The position numbers and the translations under genes are program-made. This document shows positions 19,230 through 31,300 of a stretch of DNA of 58,117 nucleotides, one piece after another (the stretch's first letter is position 1; each line of letters starts with the position of its first letter). The stretch is from a virus (Duplodnaviria > Caudoviricetes): positions 1 through 58,117 of IMG/VR virus record IMGVR_UViG_3300032271_000996. One strand, written 5' to 3'. The notes under the pieces are model-generated. The model saw nothing but the letters and a program-made list of their open reading frames with translations. It had not been told where the DNA came from and made no database searches.

Positions 19230-21733
19230 TAAGATCCAGCTAGAGCTACAACTCTTAATTCTTTAATTCTAGGAGGATATGCCTGATTAGTAGATGTTCC
19301 TACTAATTTGATACTGTAATATCTAAATGATGGTAGATTATCAACGGTAAAGTTATATTCTTTGTACTTAACCTCGTCACCTTCAAATCCAAGAGAATCA
19401 TTCTTAATAACTTTAGTATCATAAAGTCCACTATTTTTAGAAGAATCTACTACCTTATTAAAAGAATTTAAATTATTATAGCCCGGAAATGGATAATACA
19501 CTAGGGAATCATCTTTAGTGTTTGAGATTGAATATAGACATTTAATTTCACTGAATACATTAATATGGCCTAACAGATAGATTTTAATTGCATTTGCCGG
19601 TAACTCAAGTTCAATTGGAACATTTGCATAAACAAATGCAGATGGGTCTCCATTGAGTGTAGAAACTCTATCATCTAGAGCAAAATCTGTAATTAAATTA
19701 TCAACTCTATTAGTCGTAAAGCTCAATGCAACTCGCTGTAATTCAATTGCGGGAGATACATATGGATTTTGAGTATTCAGTTGCATATTGAGAGTCAATG
19801 ACTTATTGCCAATAAATGAATTAAGGTTTTGCTTTTCATTTACCTTTGATGCAACAATTCTTGTGGAATTTAAGTAGTTATTTTCATTTAAAATTATATC
19901 AGTAAATCCAGAATCAACATATGATAATTCGTTGCCACCGATGCTAGTTCCCGTTACAGTCCTCATTTTAGTTGTCAAATTTGTCTGAGGAAGAACAACA
20001 GCATCTACTAATGGATGAACTATTTCAAATTGAATATTTTGGGTAGCTTCAACATTAGCCCCGCCAGTTGATTTTTCTAGATTGAAATATAATTTACCTA
20101 AAGCTGATCCAGAACTTCTATCTGTTAATCCTTGTGGTAGGGATACATTATTTGGTGTGTTTGAAAAGTCTATTTTAATTTTATAATAATCTAGTCCAAT
20201 TGAATTAGGTTCGGTTGAATCACTAAGAATATGCTCCTTGTTTATTCTTCTTAGAGAAACACCATTCAATTCATATTTCATTACTGGATCTAATGCTGAA
20301 TAATATCCAGCCAAAGTTTGGTCAATTTGGCGAGTAATTCCGGTTAAACTGTTTCCAGATATTCCAGTATATGCAATAATTTCTTGTCCTATTAAAATGT
20401 ATCCTGGATTTGAAACAGAAACTGTCACATTCTCAAATACTGTAAAATTGGAAGTATCTTGGATTGCAATATTTCCAGTTGCAGTATTAGAATAAACTGC
20501 TGTCAATTTTGTGCTATTTACATCACTAGATATATTTTTCAATATTACTTTATTAACACTGGAATACATTCCGTGATTTTTATGGTTTACCTTAATATGC
20601 TCACCATTTTCAATTGTTACTAAACTACTTGGATAAGCCTTGGTTAAATCTGAAGAGTAAATATCACTTGTTACACCGGAATTATTAACATAGCTGAGTG
20701 TTTTAGCTGAATTTCCTGAAACAAATTCACCTTGAACGTTATTAACTATAAGTTCATTTATTCCCGCAACATTCTGGACGGAAAGTTGCAAATTCAATCC
20801 TAGACTTGAGCTACCTATTTGCGGAGCAGTTAAAACATCTCCAATTAAATATCCATTTCCACCATTAGCAATAGTAGCACCATATGATGCAACCGAACCA
20901 TTAGTAATGGTAATATTGGCGGTTGCATTTCTACCATTTCCGGTTAGAGAAGTTAAAGGAACATTGTTGAATGTGTATGAACCGGCTAAAGGGGTATAAC
21001 CAATACCAGCATTAATAATTCCCAGGGTATTTGTTGCTGAACCAGCATAGCCAACATAAATGCCAGTTCCAGTTGAATTAACTTGAGATAGCTTATTACC
21101 TGGAGATAAATTTGTTGGGAGTACAGTGGAACCTAGACCTATTCTAATTTCCCTAGAATTTATCTCTAAAGGATTATTAATTAGATTAGCGATCTGATGA
21201 TTACCTATAGCAAGTTCTGGATTGTAAAAATTAATATCTCCAACTGTTGATTTGAAATTTGCCCTATAGAGAGTAAATTTTAGGTCATCACTTTGAATTG
21301 GGGTCCAGGTTGTTCCGTTTTGTGATTTATAAAGAGAACCAGAGAGAGGTTGTTTAGTAACAAAAACACCACTGGTGGAGCTAGAGGCTAAATCCTTTTC
21401 TGTTAGTCTTGAAATATGAACGAGGTATTGGTCAGAATTTGATAATAGGCAAATACAATGAAATGTATCACCTTTAATGAAAACTGGAGAATCAAATGTT
21501 ACTCTAGTTGCTAATGTCCCATCATTAGATGTTGAAATTTTATCTGGAGTTAGAACAACTTCAGAATGACGATAAACAGAATCTGTCGGTAAACCATATT
21601 CTAAAGAGCGCAATTGAACAGTTACTGGCAATTCTGCATCTTTACTATAGAAAAATAAATCTAAAGAAGTTACAAAGTAACCACTAATGGGTTTAACATA
21701 AAAAGATTGTGCAATCGGGTCTACTAATTTCAT
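19226..21733 (-). CDS. Virion structural protein, C-terminal part of DUF4815/VrlC-like protein
   Basis: Begins DPIAQSF; GSLYKSQNGTTWT..DLKFTLYRANF; ends PRIKELRVVAL. Confidence 0.8.
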   Translation of the reverse strand: MKLVDPIAQSFYVKPISGYFVTSLDLFFYSKDAELPVTVQLRSLEYGLPTDSVYRHSEVVLTPDKISTSNDGTLATRVTFDSPVFIKGDTFHCICLLSNSDQYLVHISRLTEKDLASSSTSGVFVTKQPLSGSLYKSQNGTTWTPIQSDDLKFTLYRANFKSTVGDINFYNPELAIGNHQIANLINNPLEINSREIRIGLGSTVLPTNLSPGNKLSQVNSTGTGIYVGYAGSATNTLGIINAGIGYTPLAGSYTFNNVPLTSLTGNGRNATANITITNGSVASYGATIANGGNGYLIGDVLTAPQIGSSSLGLNLQLSVQNVAGINELIVNNVQGEFVSGNSAKTLSYVNNSGVTSDIYSSDLTKAYPSSLVTIENGEHIKVNHKNHGMYSSVNKVILKNISSDVNSTKLTAVYSNTATGNIAIQDTSNFTVFENVTVSVSNPGYILIGQEIIAYTGISGNSLTGITRQIDQTLAGYYSALDPVMKYELNGVSLRRINKEHILSDSTEPNSIGLDYYKIKIDFSNTPNNVSLPQGLTDRSSGSALGKLYFNLEKSTGGANVEATQNIQFEIVHPLVDAVVLPQTNLTTKMRTVTGTSIGGNELSYVDSGFTDIILNENNYLNSTRIVASKVNEKQNLNSFIGNKSLTLNMQLNTQNPYVSPAIELQRVALSFTTNRVDNLITDFALDDRVSTLNGDPSAFVYANVPIELELPANAIKIYLLGHINVFSEIKCLYSISNTKDDSLVYYPFPGYNNLNSFNKVVDSSKNSGLYDTKVIKNDSLGFEGDEVKYKEYNFTVDNLPSFRYYSIKLVGTSTNQAYPPRIKELRVVALAGSY

Positions 21734-21758
21734 TTATTTTTCTATTCTTATATTCTAT

Positions 21759-24700
21759 TTATTTACCAGCAAGTCTTTTGGCTGTTGCATTTAATTGATT
21801 TAGGTCTGAAATGCTATTAATCTTTTTAATTCCAGCCTCATTTCTCAACTGCTCAACACTAAAAGATGTTCCATTCTGAGAATTAATACTATCAACCAAA
21901 CGCTGTCCTTCAGCGTCTTCAGTAATTTTCTTACTACGAATATCAATAACTCCATCTTTCCAGGGGTTTGAAATTTGTACTGTTGGTGTTGGAGCTGGAC
22001 TCGCAACTTCAACTGTTGGTTCTGTATATTGTGGAGTGCTTTGAGGTTGTTGTGGTGGAGTTGGTATCGGTTGTGGAGGAGTTTGGGGTGGTTCATTCCT
22101 AACAATATTTTCCTCAATTGAATTAAGTCTACCTGAAGAGTAGTATTTTTCCTCAGAGAAAGTCGTGGCTACTCCATCAACTAAAGAATTTGTTGAACTA
22201 TTGGTTAATCTGAAAACTCTAGTTCCGCTTTCAAAAGATGGGTTTTGTTGTATATTTCTATCTGGAATAAATACGCAGCCTACTACATCCCCTGAACTAT
22301 CGGAAATAAGTTTAATGTCAGTATTAATTATGGCTTCTGCTCCTGAAGTTTGACCTTTAAGGGTCATACCGCTGTCAATATAGCCTCCAAAATTTCCTTG
22401 AACCATATTCGCAAGACTGTAAGTGTCAACATTTAGAATTGTTGTTGTTGAAGAATAGTATTCAGGAATGATTTTATCTGTTGAGTATGGGTTTTGTGTA
22501 TATGTTACAGTTGGAGCATCATATGGACCAAATTTATGGTTACTCTTTGCATTCCTAAATTTAATTTTTGCTCCAGTATTGTTGTTTGTGCCAACTATAA
22601 CTTCACCGTAATTGAATGTGCCACTAATCATAGTAATTTCAATCAATTTAGGTACGATGAACTTATCCATTGACCTGCCATCAAAATATGAATACATTTT
22701 TGTAAATGGCTTCATTCTTTTTGCGGTAAATTCAATATTTCTTGAGCGAAGATAAGGTACAATTTGACTGCTAAGAAGACTATTTCCCTTAGACCAGATG
22801 CTAGATACAGCATCCCATAAAACTGGATTTAGACCAGTCTGTTGATCATATCCAAGTGCAAGAAGTTGTTGTGGAGTTGGAGTATAATTAGAAGCCGCAG
22901 TGACAACTCTAGTTGAGACTGTTACTTGATCGGCCCAAACATCAGATGAAGGGTATAGTACAATAGTACCACTGAATGTATTATTGCGATATGATGCAAC
23001 ATTATCAACTCTGGTTGAATATGGTTGAACTATTTCTACAACCTCATCGTAATCTAGGGTAACCAGTTCTCCAGTTTTTTTTATATTTGAACCAATCAAA
23101 TCATTTAAGTATCTTAAGTCAACAAGAGTGTCGGCAACTGTTCCAATTCCAACAATAGAATTAGACGCGATGATAAGGTCTAGTTCGGTAGTATAATGGC
23201 TAGGGCGAAGCTCTTCTCGTTTAATATCGATACTATTTTTAATAATAGTATCTTTTTGTTGTGCCATTGTTGATGTAAAATTATCAACAAAAAATCCTGA
23301 CTTAAATCTATTTAATCCTGAATCGTCTGGAATGAAAAGATTAGACGTATCAGTTTCTAATAATGTCAAAGAAGTATAGTATTCTAAACTTGAAATCCTA
23401 TCTTCAAGATTTTTAATATCTTCCATTCTGTATCTTTTATGAGATACAAGTTGAATATTTACACCATTTGTGTCACACAAATATGCTGGTAAATACACCG
23501 AAGCGATTTCCAATGCCCCATCAATAGGATTTGGCGGTTGCGGCAATTCAGCGGGAACACCAGTTACCAATTGAATTTGACTATTTTTGGTTAAAAATAG
23601 CTTATCATATCTGGGGAGATAGAAAGAATAATCAAGATTGATAGATTCATCCGATGCTAAAATATTTTTTGGGTTAGATGATATAGTTGAGAAATCCCTA
23701 CCCAAAAATTCAAAAGGAGACCTAGAATTTTCTGAGACAAAATATTGAGATACTCTAGGTCTTACATCAACAATATCCGATAAAGGAATTCCATTTACAT
23801 TAGGTAAATCGCAATAATCAAAGTTTGTATAAGAATTTACTGTTACAATATCTCCTCCGTCTGATGTTAAATAGTTAGCTGATTCAAATACTACAGTTAC
23901 CTTTTTAGTTGGCTCTTTTACGTTTGGATTTCTTGTGAGTTTTGAATAATCGTAAATTGTAGATTTTTGCCCCGAATCAAATGTAAAGTGTGATGTAATG
24001 TTGGAATCGCCAATTTGATTTGATACGATATTTGCAGTAACGCCAGTTTCTTGGAAAGTGACCGTTTCATTTACAGAGAAACTGTCAGAGTTTAAGTACA
24101 CGAAGTTAATGCTAAGGTCATCTACAGCTCTCACGTAAACGCCCACTGCCCTTGATAAATTACCAATAAACTGTTCTCCAATTAGAAAATCACCAGTTTT
24201 ATTAGTTTGACCGTTGATGGATGATAAGATTAATTTAGGTAAGGATGCCGAATTTACTGTAGAAGATTCAAACACACCATAAATTTTAGTAACATCTGGA
24301 GAAAGTAGACAAATATCATTATCTTGAACTCTTGAACCATAGGGGTAGTTGCCAAAGGTAAGACCATCATTTAATGTGGTATTACCGATACCAGAACCGC
24401 TATATTTTGATTTATCAAATGTTACAACATTAATTCTATTTTTATATTTTACTTTTTCTTTAACATTTACCCGCCTTAATGTTGCAATAAGTTTTGCATT
24501 TGAATTACTACCTAAACCACTAATGGTTAAAGTTGATGAGCCGTTTCCATATGTAAATTTATCTGGTGTTAGGACTTCAGTTGCTCCGTCTTCTCGGATT
24601 AAAACATAACGCTCTTCATCAAATGGTAGAAAAGTTTCATTTGAATCAGATGAAATTGGACCAACCGCATTGGAAGAAATTGTAACATTAAATTGTTTTC

Positions 24701-26792
24701 TAATAACAAGATTAGAATTTGAGAGATTAACGTTAGAGACTTTATCTTTTGGGAATTTAGTGTAAAGGGTATTATCCTGAGATTTTGTAAATTGTGAAGA
24801 AAGAATTGTAAAATCAGACGGATTGATTGCCGATAGTGGAAGTTTACCATCACAAATTCCAGCAACTGAAGATACGCCAACTATAGTTAGAGTTTTTGGA
24901 TTAACTTTAGTTACCTTTGCATAGGTGCTAGTTGTTATTCCGGGTGAAGTGAATGCTACAATATTTCCAACACTAACGTTACCAACAAAAGTGTCAGTTG
25001 TTCTCGTTACAGTAGAAATTCCAGAGTCCAGGGCACTGATATTTACCTGGCCTACTTGTAGAGTTGGATACTGTTTAATATCAGCAGTAAAAGTATATGC
25101 AGTACCAACTATTCCATAAACAGATTTTACGTCATTTAGCGAATATGCTGTAACGGCAGTTGCTACTCTTGAATTTTCAATACCATCAAAAACAAGTTTT
25201 TCGCCTACCGCAAAAGTGCCCCTAATATCATAGGCAGTGACAATTCCACTATTTCTTGAATCATAACGAAGAAAACCAGTTGCTCCACTAGATTTTCCTA
25301 CAACTTGACAGGGAATATTGTAAAAATTGCTGCCATCTAAGTTTTGATTGAGAGTAATTTCAGTATATGCCTGAACATCAAATAGCGAGATGTCCCATTC
25401 ATTTAGATTGAAATTAGTTGAAGAATAAGAACCTGATTCAAGAGCAAAATCGTAAACTCTAGCTAGACCAATTTCTTTTCCAGCCGCAACCGTTTGAATG
25501 TTGCCCACTCTTGAATCTCTAAGACTTAACGTGTAATTTGTTGAGATTCCGATGATAGGGGAACCATAAACTCTATTAAGTGTTAAAGTTGACCCAGTAT
25601 AATAAACAAGTTCTTGCTTTTCTAGTAATTTGGTTGTTCTTGGCTTTTTAAAATCAACAAAAGATGGACTTATCTTTTTGGATTCATACCCCTGAACATA
25701 AGCTTTTACTGGTGATACCTGATAAATTCCTAATTCCTCACTAGGAATATTTCCATCATATGTTATTTCTGATGAATTATATACACCATTGTTCCCTAAA
25801 AGATTATTTAATGATTCACTAATGGAAACGGACGGTGGATTTACATAATAGTTTCCAGACTCGTCAAAAGTTCTTTTTGCAAATTCTTGCTCTAAAACAT
25901 TGTAAGAAGAAACTTCTTGTTCCGATACTAAATTTCCATCTCTAACTTCTAAAAGTTGGACAAAATTACTAGGCTTATCTTCATTTGAACCATATTTTGT
26001 TAGAATTAATTGTATAGAAAACCTATCAGCTCCGGGTGCGGTATAGTTTGGTGAACCGCTGGCGTTATCCAAAAGTTCAAGTTTATCATAAGAACTTATG
26101 ATAGTTTCATCAACAAAAAAACCTACCTTATATGACGAACGATTTGAATATTGGTCTAATAGTAAAGTTTGCTTGTAAACGTTTACAAAAGTTCCCCTAA
26201 TGAAATAAACTCCATCTGTAATTGTAACAGAAGAAGCAATAGAATTACAGTTACTTGTTATGGTGGCTACAACCGTCTCTCCTGCGGTGAAAACTACAGT
26301 TTCTCCGGTTGAAATGGTTTCAGTTGAAGATGTTTCTAATGTAAGTTCCTCACCATCTGCAAATAGTTCATTTGTACCATTTGATGAATTTGAACCGATA
26401 TACTTGAGATAAAGAGTGGCATTACCTCTAGTTGATTCTTCTTGAGTTTTAACTAGTATTACAGTTGCTCTAATACCGCTGGTTTTTCCTCTAATTGTTT
26501 TATTAACAAGAAGGGGAATATAGGATGATACGCTAATTCCGTTATATGAATTTTGAAGTTCTACTACTTGGAGATTATTATCATAATCAATATTTCCAGG
26601 AATTACAACCGAACCTTCTTTAAAGACGTGACTCCCAAATTTTTCAATCTGATCTTGTAAGATTGATTGTAAATTATTAATTTCTCTTGCCTGAACAGGT
26701 TTTGATGGTTTAAAAAGAACCCGATGATAATTATCACCAGGATTAAAATCGTCGTTATAAGGAGTAATATTTAGATTTGTTTCCTGGGGCAT
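21759..26792 (-). CDS. Virion structural protein, N-terminal part of DUF4815/VrlC-like protein
   Basis: PYNDDF..YHRVLFKP..VQARE, APGADR, RTFDESGNY, RYRMEDI..LEDRI, RFKSGFFVDNF. Confidence 0.85.
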   Translation of the reverse strand: MPQETNLNITPYNDDFNPGDNYHRVLFKPSKPVQAREINNLQSILQDQIEKFGSHVFKEGSVVIPGNIDYDNNLQVVELQNSYNGISVSSYIPLLVNKTIRGKTSGIRATVILVKTQEESTRGNATLYLKYIGSNSSNGTNELFADGEELTLETSSTETISTGETVVFTAGETVVATITSNCNSIASSVTITDGVYFIRGTFVNVYKQTLLLDQYSNRSSYKVGFFVDETIISSYDKLELLDNASGSPNYTAPGADRFSIQLILTKYGSNEDKPSNFVQLLEVRDGNLVSEQEVSSYNVLEQEFAKRTFDESGNYYVNPPSVSISESLNNLLGNNGVYNSSEITYDGNIPSEELGIYQVSPVKAYVQGYESKKISPSFVDFKKPRTTKLLEKQELVYYTGSTLTLNRVYGSPIIGISTNYTLSLRDSRVGNIQTVAAGKEIGLARVYDFALESGSYSSTNFNLNEWDISLFDVQAYTEITLNQNLDGSNFYNIPCQVVGKSSGATGFLRYDSRNSGIVTAYDIRGTFAVGEKLVFDGIENSRVATAVTAYSLNDVKSVYGIVGTAYTFTADIKQYPTLQVGQVNISALDSGISTVTRTTDTFVGNVSVGNIVAFTSPGITTSTYAKVTKVNPKTLTIVGVSSVAGICDGKLPLSAINPSDFTILSSQFTKSQDNTLYTKFPKDKVSNVNLSNSNLVIRKQFNVTISSNAVGPISSDSNETFLPFDEERYVLIREDGATEVLTPDKFTYGNGSSTLTISGLGSNSNAKLIATLRRVNVKEKVKYKNRINVVTFDKSKYSGSGIGNTTLNDGLTFGNYPYGSRVQDNDICLLSPDVTKIYGVFESSTVNSASLPKLILSSINGQTNKTGDFLIGEQFIGNLSRAVGVYVRAVDDLSINFVYLNSDSFSVNETVTFQETGVTANIVSNQIGDSNITSHFTFDSGQKSTIYDYSKLTRNPNVKEPTKKVTVVFESANYLTSDGGDIVTVNSYTNFDYCDLPNVNGIPLSDIVDVRPRVSQYFVSENSRSPFEFLGRDFSTISSNPKNILASDESINLDYSFYLPRYDKLFLTKNSQIQLVTGVPAELPQPPNPIDGALEIASVYLPAYLCDTNGVNIQLVSHKRYRMEDIKNLEDRISSLEYYTSLTLLETDTSNLFIPDDSGLNRFKSGFFVDNFTSTMAQQKDTIIKNSIDIKREELRPSHYTTELDLIIASNSIVGIGTVADTLVDLRYLNDLIGSNIKKTGELVTLDYDEVVEIVQPYSTRVDNVASYRNNTFSGTIVLYPSSDVWADQVTVSTRVVTAASNYTPTPQQLLALGYDQQTGLNPVLWDAVSSIWSKGNSLLSSQIVPYLRSRNIEFTAKRMKPFTKMYSYFDGRSMDKFIVPKLIEITMISGTFNYGEVIVGTNNNTGAKIKFRNAKSNHKFGPYDAPTVTYTQNPYSTDKIIPEYYSSTTTILNVDTYSLANMVQGNFGGYIDSGMTLKGQTSGAEAIINTDIKLISDSSGDVVGCVFIPDRNIQQNPSFESGTRVFRLTNSSTNSLVDGVATTFSEEKYYSSGRLNSIEENIVRNEPPQTPPQPIPTPPQQPQSTPQYTEPTVEVASPAPTPTVQISNPWKDGVIDIRSKKITEDAEGQRLVDSINSQNGTSFSVEQLRNEAGIKKINSISDLNQLNATAKRLAGK

Positions 26793-26798
26793 TGGGGG

Positions 26799-28346
26799 TT
26801 AGAATAGCAAAATTACTTTAACGTCTTCTTGTTGATTGATAGACCGAGGTGTAGATGGCCTGTTGTCAACGTGAACAATATCTCCAGAATATTTCCTTAC
26901 TTCAGGATTTGATAGGCCATTTGTAAAGTTTTGCCCTAGATAACTATTATTTATTGTATTGTAATCACCGTTAAAATTAGTATCAATGGGTACAACATTT
27001 GATTTACAATATAAATTCAAAGAACCACCAGATGAAGGTGCATTTGTAAACTCATTTACATTGAATCCATAAACAGGCGAGGTATTTTGTGTGCCATCCG
27101 TATTAAAGCCCACGAGAGAGCGATCTTGCCAATATTTTAGAACATTATTTGTATAATCAAATGATGCAACTCTCCCGACAGCAGTTACTCCAAGTCCAAT
27201 AGTTTGCGTGAATACTGAATTTGCTGGAAATGTATTTGAATTTAAATTAGAACCTGAAACTTTAATTGCATATAATGCACTAGCTTTATCTTCACTTAAT
27301 AATGCTGTTGATCCATTAGTCTGTGCATTTTTTATGATTCCAAATCTAGCTGTCTGGTTGCCGACAATAAAATCTGGATTAAGAGGGTCGTTTTCAAATC
27401 TGGAATATAAAATAACCCGAGTTGAGCCCAATTCTCTATAAATATCATAACCGTGACCACCTTTAGGTGGAATGATCACATTAAATACTGGAGCAGTTGT
27501 TCCAACTTGAATGTTCGCTGAACTCAAATCAACAGTGCCATAAGTATATCCTGAGCCACCTTTAGTCACAGTAATGGATTCAACCTTTGAATCATTATTG
27601 ATTACGACTGTTGCTTCCGCTCCAGTACCATCACCTTTAATTTGAACCTTAGTATATGCAGTATTAGGTGTTCCTACAGATACCCCTCTATTTGTAACAG
27701 TTACAATTTTTAATTGACCACTTACAGTTGCATTAGACCTTATGGGTGAATATTCTGAATTGGTTTCCCAATCTAGTGGAACTGGGATATAATTGGTTGT
27801 GACAAATTTAATTATATCACTAGGTTTTATTGTGTAAATATATTTCCAAATATAACCGTCTGATCCATCCCCGGCACCTCTTGGCTCTAAATCAGTAAAA
27901 GTTGGCTCATTTAATGAGGGTCTACCGTTAGGATTTTCTGGGTCTGTGCCATTGAATAAGCAACTGTAAACTTTATAATCCTGATTTACCACATAGTAGT
28001 TTGAGGAATAAAGAGAGGTTGCCCCAGAAGGCTTAGATATATTAGTTCTGGTAATATCATTACGATACATATCATAAGTTGTTCCAGATGTCCAGGTTGC
28101 TTTTCTAATTACAAGTCTGGCATTATTTGTGGATACCTTTTTAAGAGCAATCATTGTGTCCCAATAATCATTCTCCTGATCAAAGCTATCTTTCGGTGCA
28201 GGGGGATATGAATTCCAATCGGGTTGATAATCCGTTGCATTAGGAAGACCAATAAAAGTATAATAGGTATCTTTACCAGTAGACACAGAATCTACAAAGT
28301 TCTTCGCTAATGATATTCTGTGTTGTTCTGTAATTATTGCGGACAT
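26799..28346 (-). CDS. g8: Baseplate wedge subunit gp8
   Basis: WTSGTTYDMYR, DGYIWKYIYTI, PKGGHG, QQEDVKVIL. Confidence 0.9.
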   Translation of the reverse strand: MSAIITEQHRISLAKNFVDSVSTGKDTYYTFIGLPNATDYQPDWNSYPPAPKDSFDQENDYWDTMIALKKVSTNNARLVIRKATWTSGTTYDMYRNDITRTNISKPSGATSLYSSNYYVVNQDYKVYSCLFNGTDPENPNGRPSLNEPTFTDLEPRGAGDGSDGYIWKYIYTIKPSDIIKFVTTNYIPVPLDWETNSEYSPIRSNATVSGQLKIVTVTNRGVSVGTPNTAYTKVQIKGDGTGAEATVVINNDSKVESITVTKGGSGYTYGTVDLSSANIQVGTTAPVFNVIIPPKGGHGYDIYRELGSTRVILYSRFENDPLNPDFIVGNQTARFGIIKNAQTNGSTALLSEDKASALYAIKVSGSNLNSNTFPANSVFTQTIGLGVTAVGRVASFDYTNNVLKYWQDRSLVGFNTDGTQNTSPVYGFNVNEFTNAPSSGGSLNLYCKSNVVPIDTNFNGDYNTINNSYLGQNFTNGLSNPEVRKYSGDIVHVDNRPSTPRSINQQEDVKVILLF

Positions 28347-28364
28347 ATTATTCTTTTTAGCTAT

Positions 28365-31300
28365 TTATGTGTAATTTTTATATTTAAGAGGATTAATTCT
28401 CTTGACGGCAGGAGATGTGTTTATCCCCGAAATTCCATTATTATAAATTGAAAATTGCCCAGAAGAAATTCCATTTGGTATGGTAATTCTCCCCCAACTG
28501 TAAGTTCCATAAAAATTGGTAACTCCAATACCACTTACATTGTTATTATCTACTGAAGTGATAACTTTAACAATAGATGTAGTTCCAATACCGGAAACAT
28601 ATGTACTGGCAATTGAAACTGCTGCTACTCTGTAAACATTATCTATGTATGTTGTACTATTAGAAATTAAATTACCATTCTCATCTAAAGACTTATTGCC
28701 GCTGCCGATATAAGAATTTTTAACGACAAAATAGTATCCGGTTTGAATACCACTAATTGTAATTGCAGAACCAACAATATTAGAATTTCTTAAGAAAGAA
28801 TCTTCGGGGATATAGAGATCAAATACAAGAGCCGTTGATGCAATTCCGACAGAGGTTTTTCCTATGCCAGATATTAGCCCAAAATCTCCCTCATATTTAC
28901 TTGCAGTTACATCCTGAAAATTATTCTTGGGGCTTTCAATCATAACTTGCGGAGGTGAAGTAAATGTATATCCAACTCCCGGTGTGTTTATCACAATTGA
29001 ACTAATTGAACCTGTGGTAACCGTTGCGGTTGCATATGCTCTCGATGCCGTAGTTAAGCCCACTGGAATTGGGAATGATATAGCCGGAGGTGTAACATAT
29101 CCCTTTCCACCATCATTAATGGTTACAGAATTTATTGATCCAGAATTAGATACGGTTACTGTGGCAATTGCAACTCTAACATCATCTTGAGTGATAATTC
29201 TCAGTTCATTTCTATAATTTTGAATAGTATTTTCACGTTCATCATCAAAGATTGTCTTAACATTTTCAACAAATAGTACAGTTGTATTAATTCCAACGTT
29301 TTTAATAATTTTTGTTGTTGGCTCTATAATTTCCTCATAAATTACTCTATTTTTTGTAACTTCAGCTTGATTAATGAATAGGTCTTCTGTCTGCTTTCTC
29401 CATCGTACTGGCCGCACGTATGATACATCTTCGGAAATTCCAGCTCCAGTGTATGTAATAGTATTAACCGAGTCAGATGAAGTAACACTTGAAACTAATC
29501 TGTCAGTTTCAGCATAGCCAAAATCATCATCCAATCTAACTAAATCTCCGGGTTTTATAGTCTCTAAAACATCTACGTCAATAACATCTGTTGTACCAGA
29601 GCCGCGATAAAATAAAATTGTGCAGGAACAGGTTTCCTTAGGGGGTTCAGTAAATGTTATAAAGCTACTGCCTGTAACAGAATAACTTTCTCCTGGATTT
29701 TGAAGGATTCCATTTACAAATATCAAAAGAGTAGTATTAATATCAATTAATGATCCATATGTAGTTCTAATACTCCTTAGTTCATTGTCAATTTTGATTG
29801 GGAAAGACCGTCTAATTCCATCAAATAGGCTCTCAATTGAGTCTATAAGCTGCAATTCGCCAAACGTCCAGCCTGAAAATTTATTGTTGTAAATTTCATC
29901 CACCAGAATCTTGAACTCAGAATATGATGGGGATAATACAGTAGGAATACCCACTGTACCACCAGTGGCCAAGGTTAGTACATCACCTTTCCTATAACCA
30001 AATCCACGTTGAATCATTTCGACATCTATTACACTTGATGCAATACCGACAGTAAGATTAATTTTAGCACCAGTTCCAATTCCAGAAGATAATAGTGGAA
30101 TATTTGCATAGGGTAGTGGACTGTCAAATTTTACTGTGGGTGGATTTGTGAATGTAAAACCTGCACCAGGATTGGTCAAATTGACCGAAACAACTCTACC
30201 ATTTAAGACTGATGCTACTCCAACATTTTGAAATGTTGATAATCCAGAAGTCGGAGAATATACTTTAACGTTTACCGTTTGTAGACCCACTCTATATCCA
30301 GAACCAGAATTATTAACTGATATTGATGTAATTGTTCCGGCTAAAGAAACGTTAGCGGTGCCACCGGCTGAAACTAATGGTTGTAGACCAAACCCTTGAG
30401 TATAGCCGATAGAAACGATAACTCCACCTACAGGTAGTCCAGATCCATTTACATCATTTGACTGTGTTGCAGGGGCTCCTAGGAATCTAATAGAGGAGAT
30501 TCCAGCCGTTTGTGAAATCGTATAGCTGTTGTAAGCCCTATTAAAACCTGTCAATTCTGATGGTTCTTGAAAAACTTCATTGATAAGAATTGCTCCAGTA
30601 TTTGTTGCAATTCCAGTAATATTTTGTGAATTGTTTTTTAGTGTGAATGTTGACGAAATACCATTAAATCCACTAGAAATGTCATCAAAAACAAAATTAG
30701 TATAATAGGCATCATTAATTGTATTTTTAATACCATTTCGCATAAAAACTCTACCGTTAAAGTTTAATGTTGTTGTAATACCAATAAAATCTTCAACGGG
30801 TTGATTTACTACTCCGGGTGAAGTTATATTCATATTAGACGGATTTACAGTAATAGTAATAGTTCCACCACTATTTTCAGTGCGGTCACCTTGACCTATA
30901 TTACCGTTGTTAATATTACTAAACGCGGTATATTGAAGTGTGCCTGTCCTGCCAGATGCCCCAAATACAATGTTATAGATATTGCTAGTCAAGCTATTTT
31001 GGTTTCCAGCCCAATTGATTCCACTATTAGATTCATCAATATATTGAGCTTGTCCTACTGAAGAAGCACTAAGTATGCCTACGGCATTGGCTGGACCACA
31101 AAAATCTAAACTACCATCAAGATAGAACGACCCAAATGAAAGGTCAAGATTATTAACCCACTGATTGATTTGAGGTGGACCCGTAATTATTGAAGTAGCA
31201 GCCTCAAAATAATAATCAAATCTTTGTTCATTTGGTCCTAGACTACCAGTTCTACCTGTCTGTCCCACAGGAATCAAATTACCAGCCGGGGCATAATTGC

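Noticed and set aside
21734-21761. Programmed frameshift or readthrough joining the two DUF4815-like ORFs
   Set aside because: No slippery site seen; the downstream ORF has its own ATG and a late-promoter-like motif
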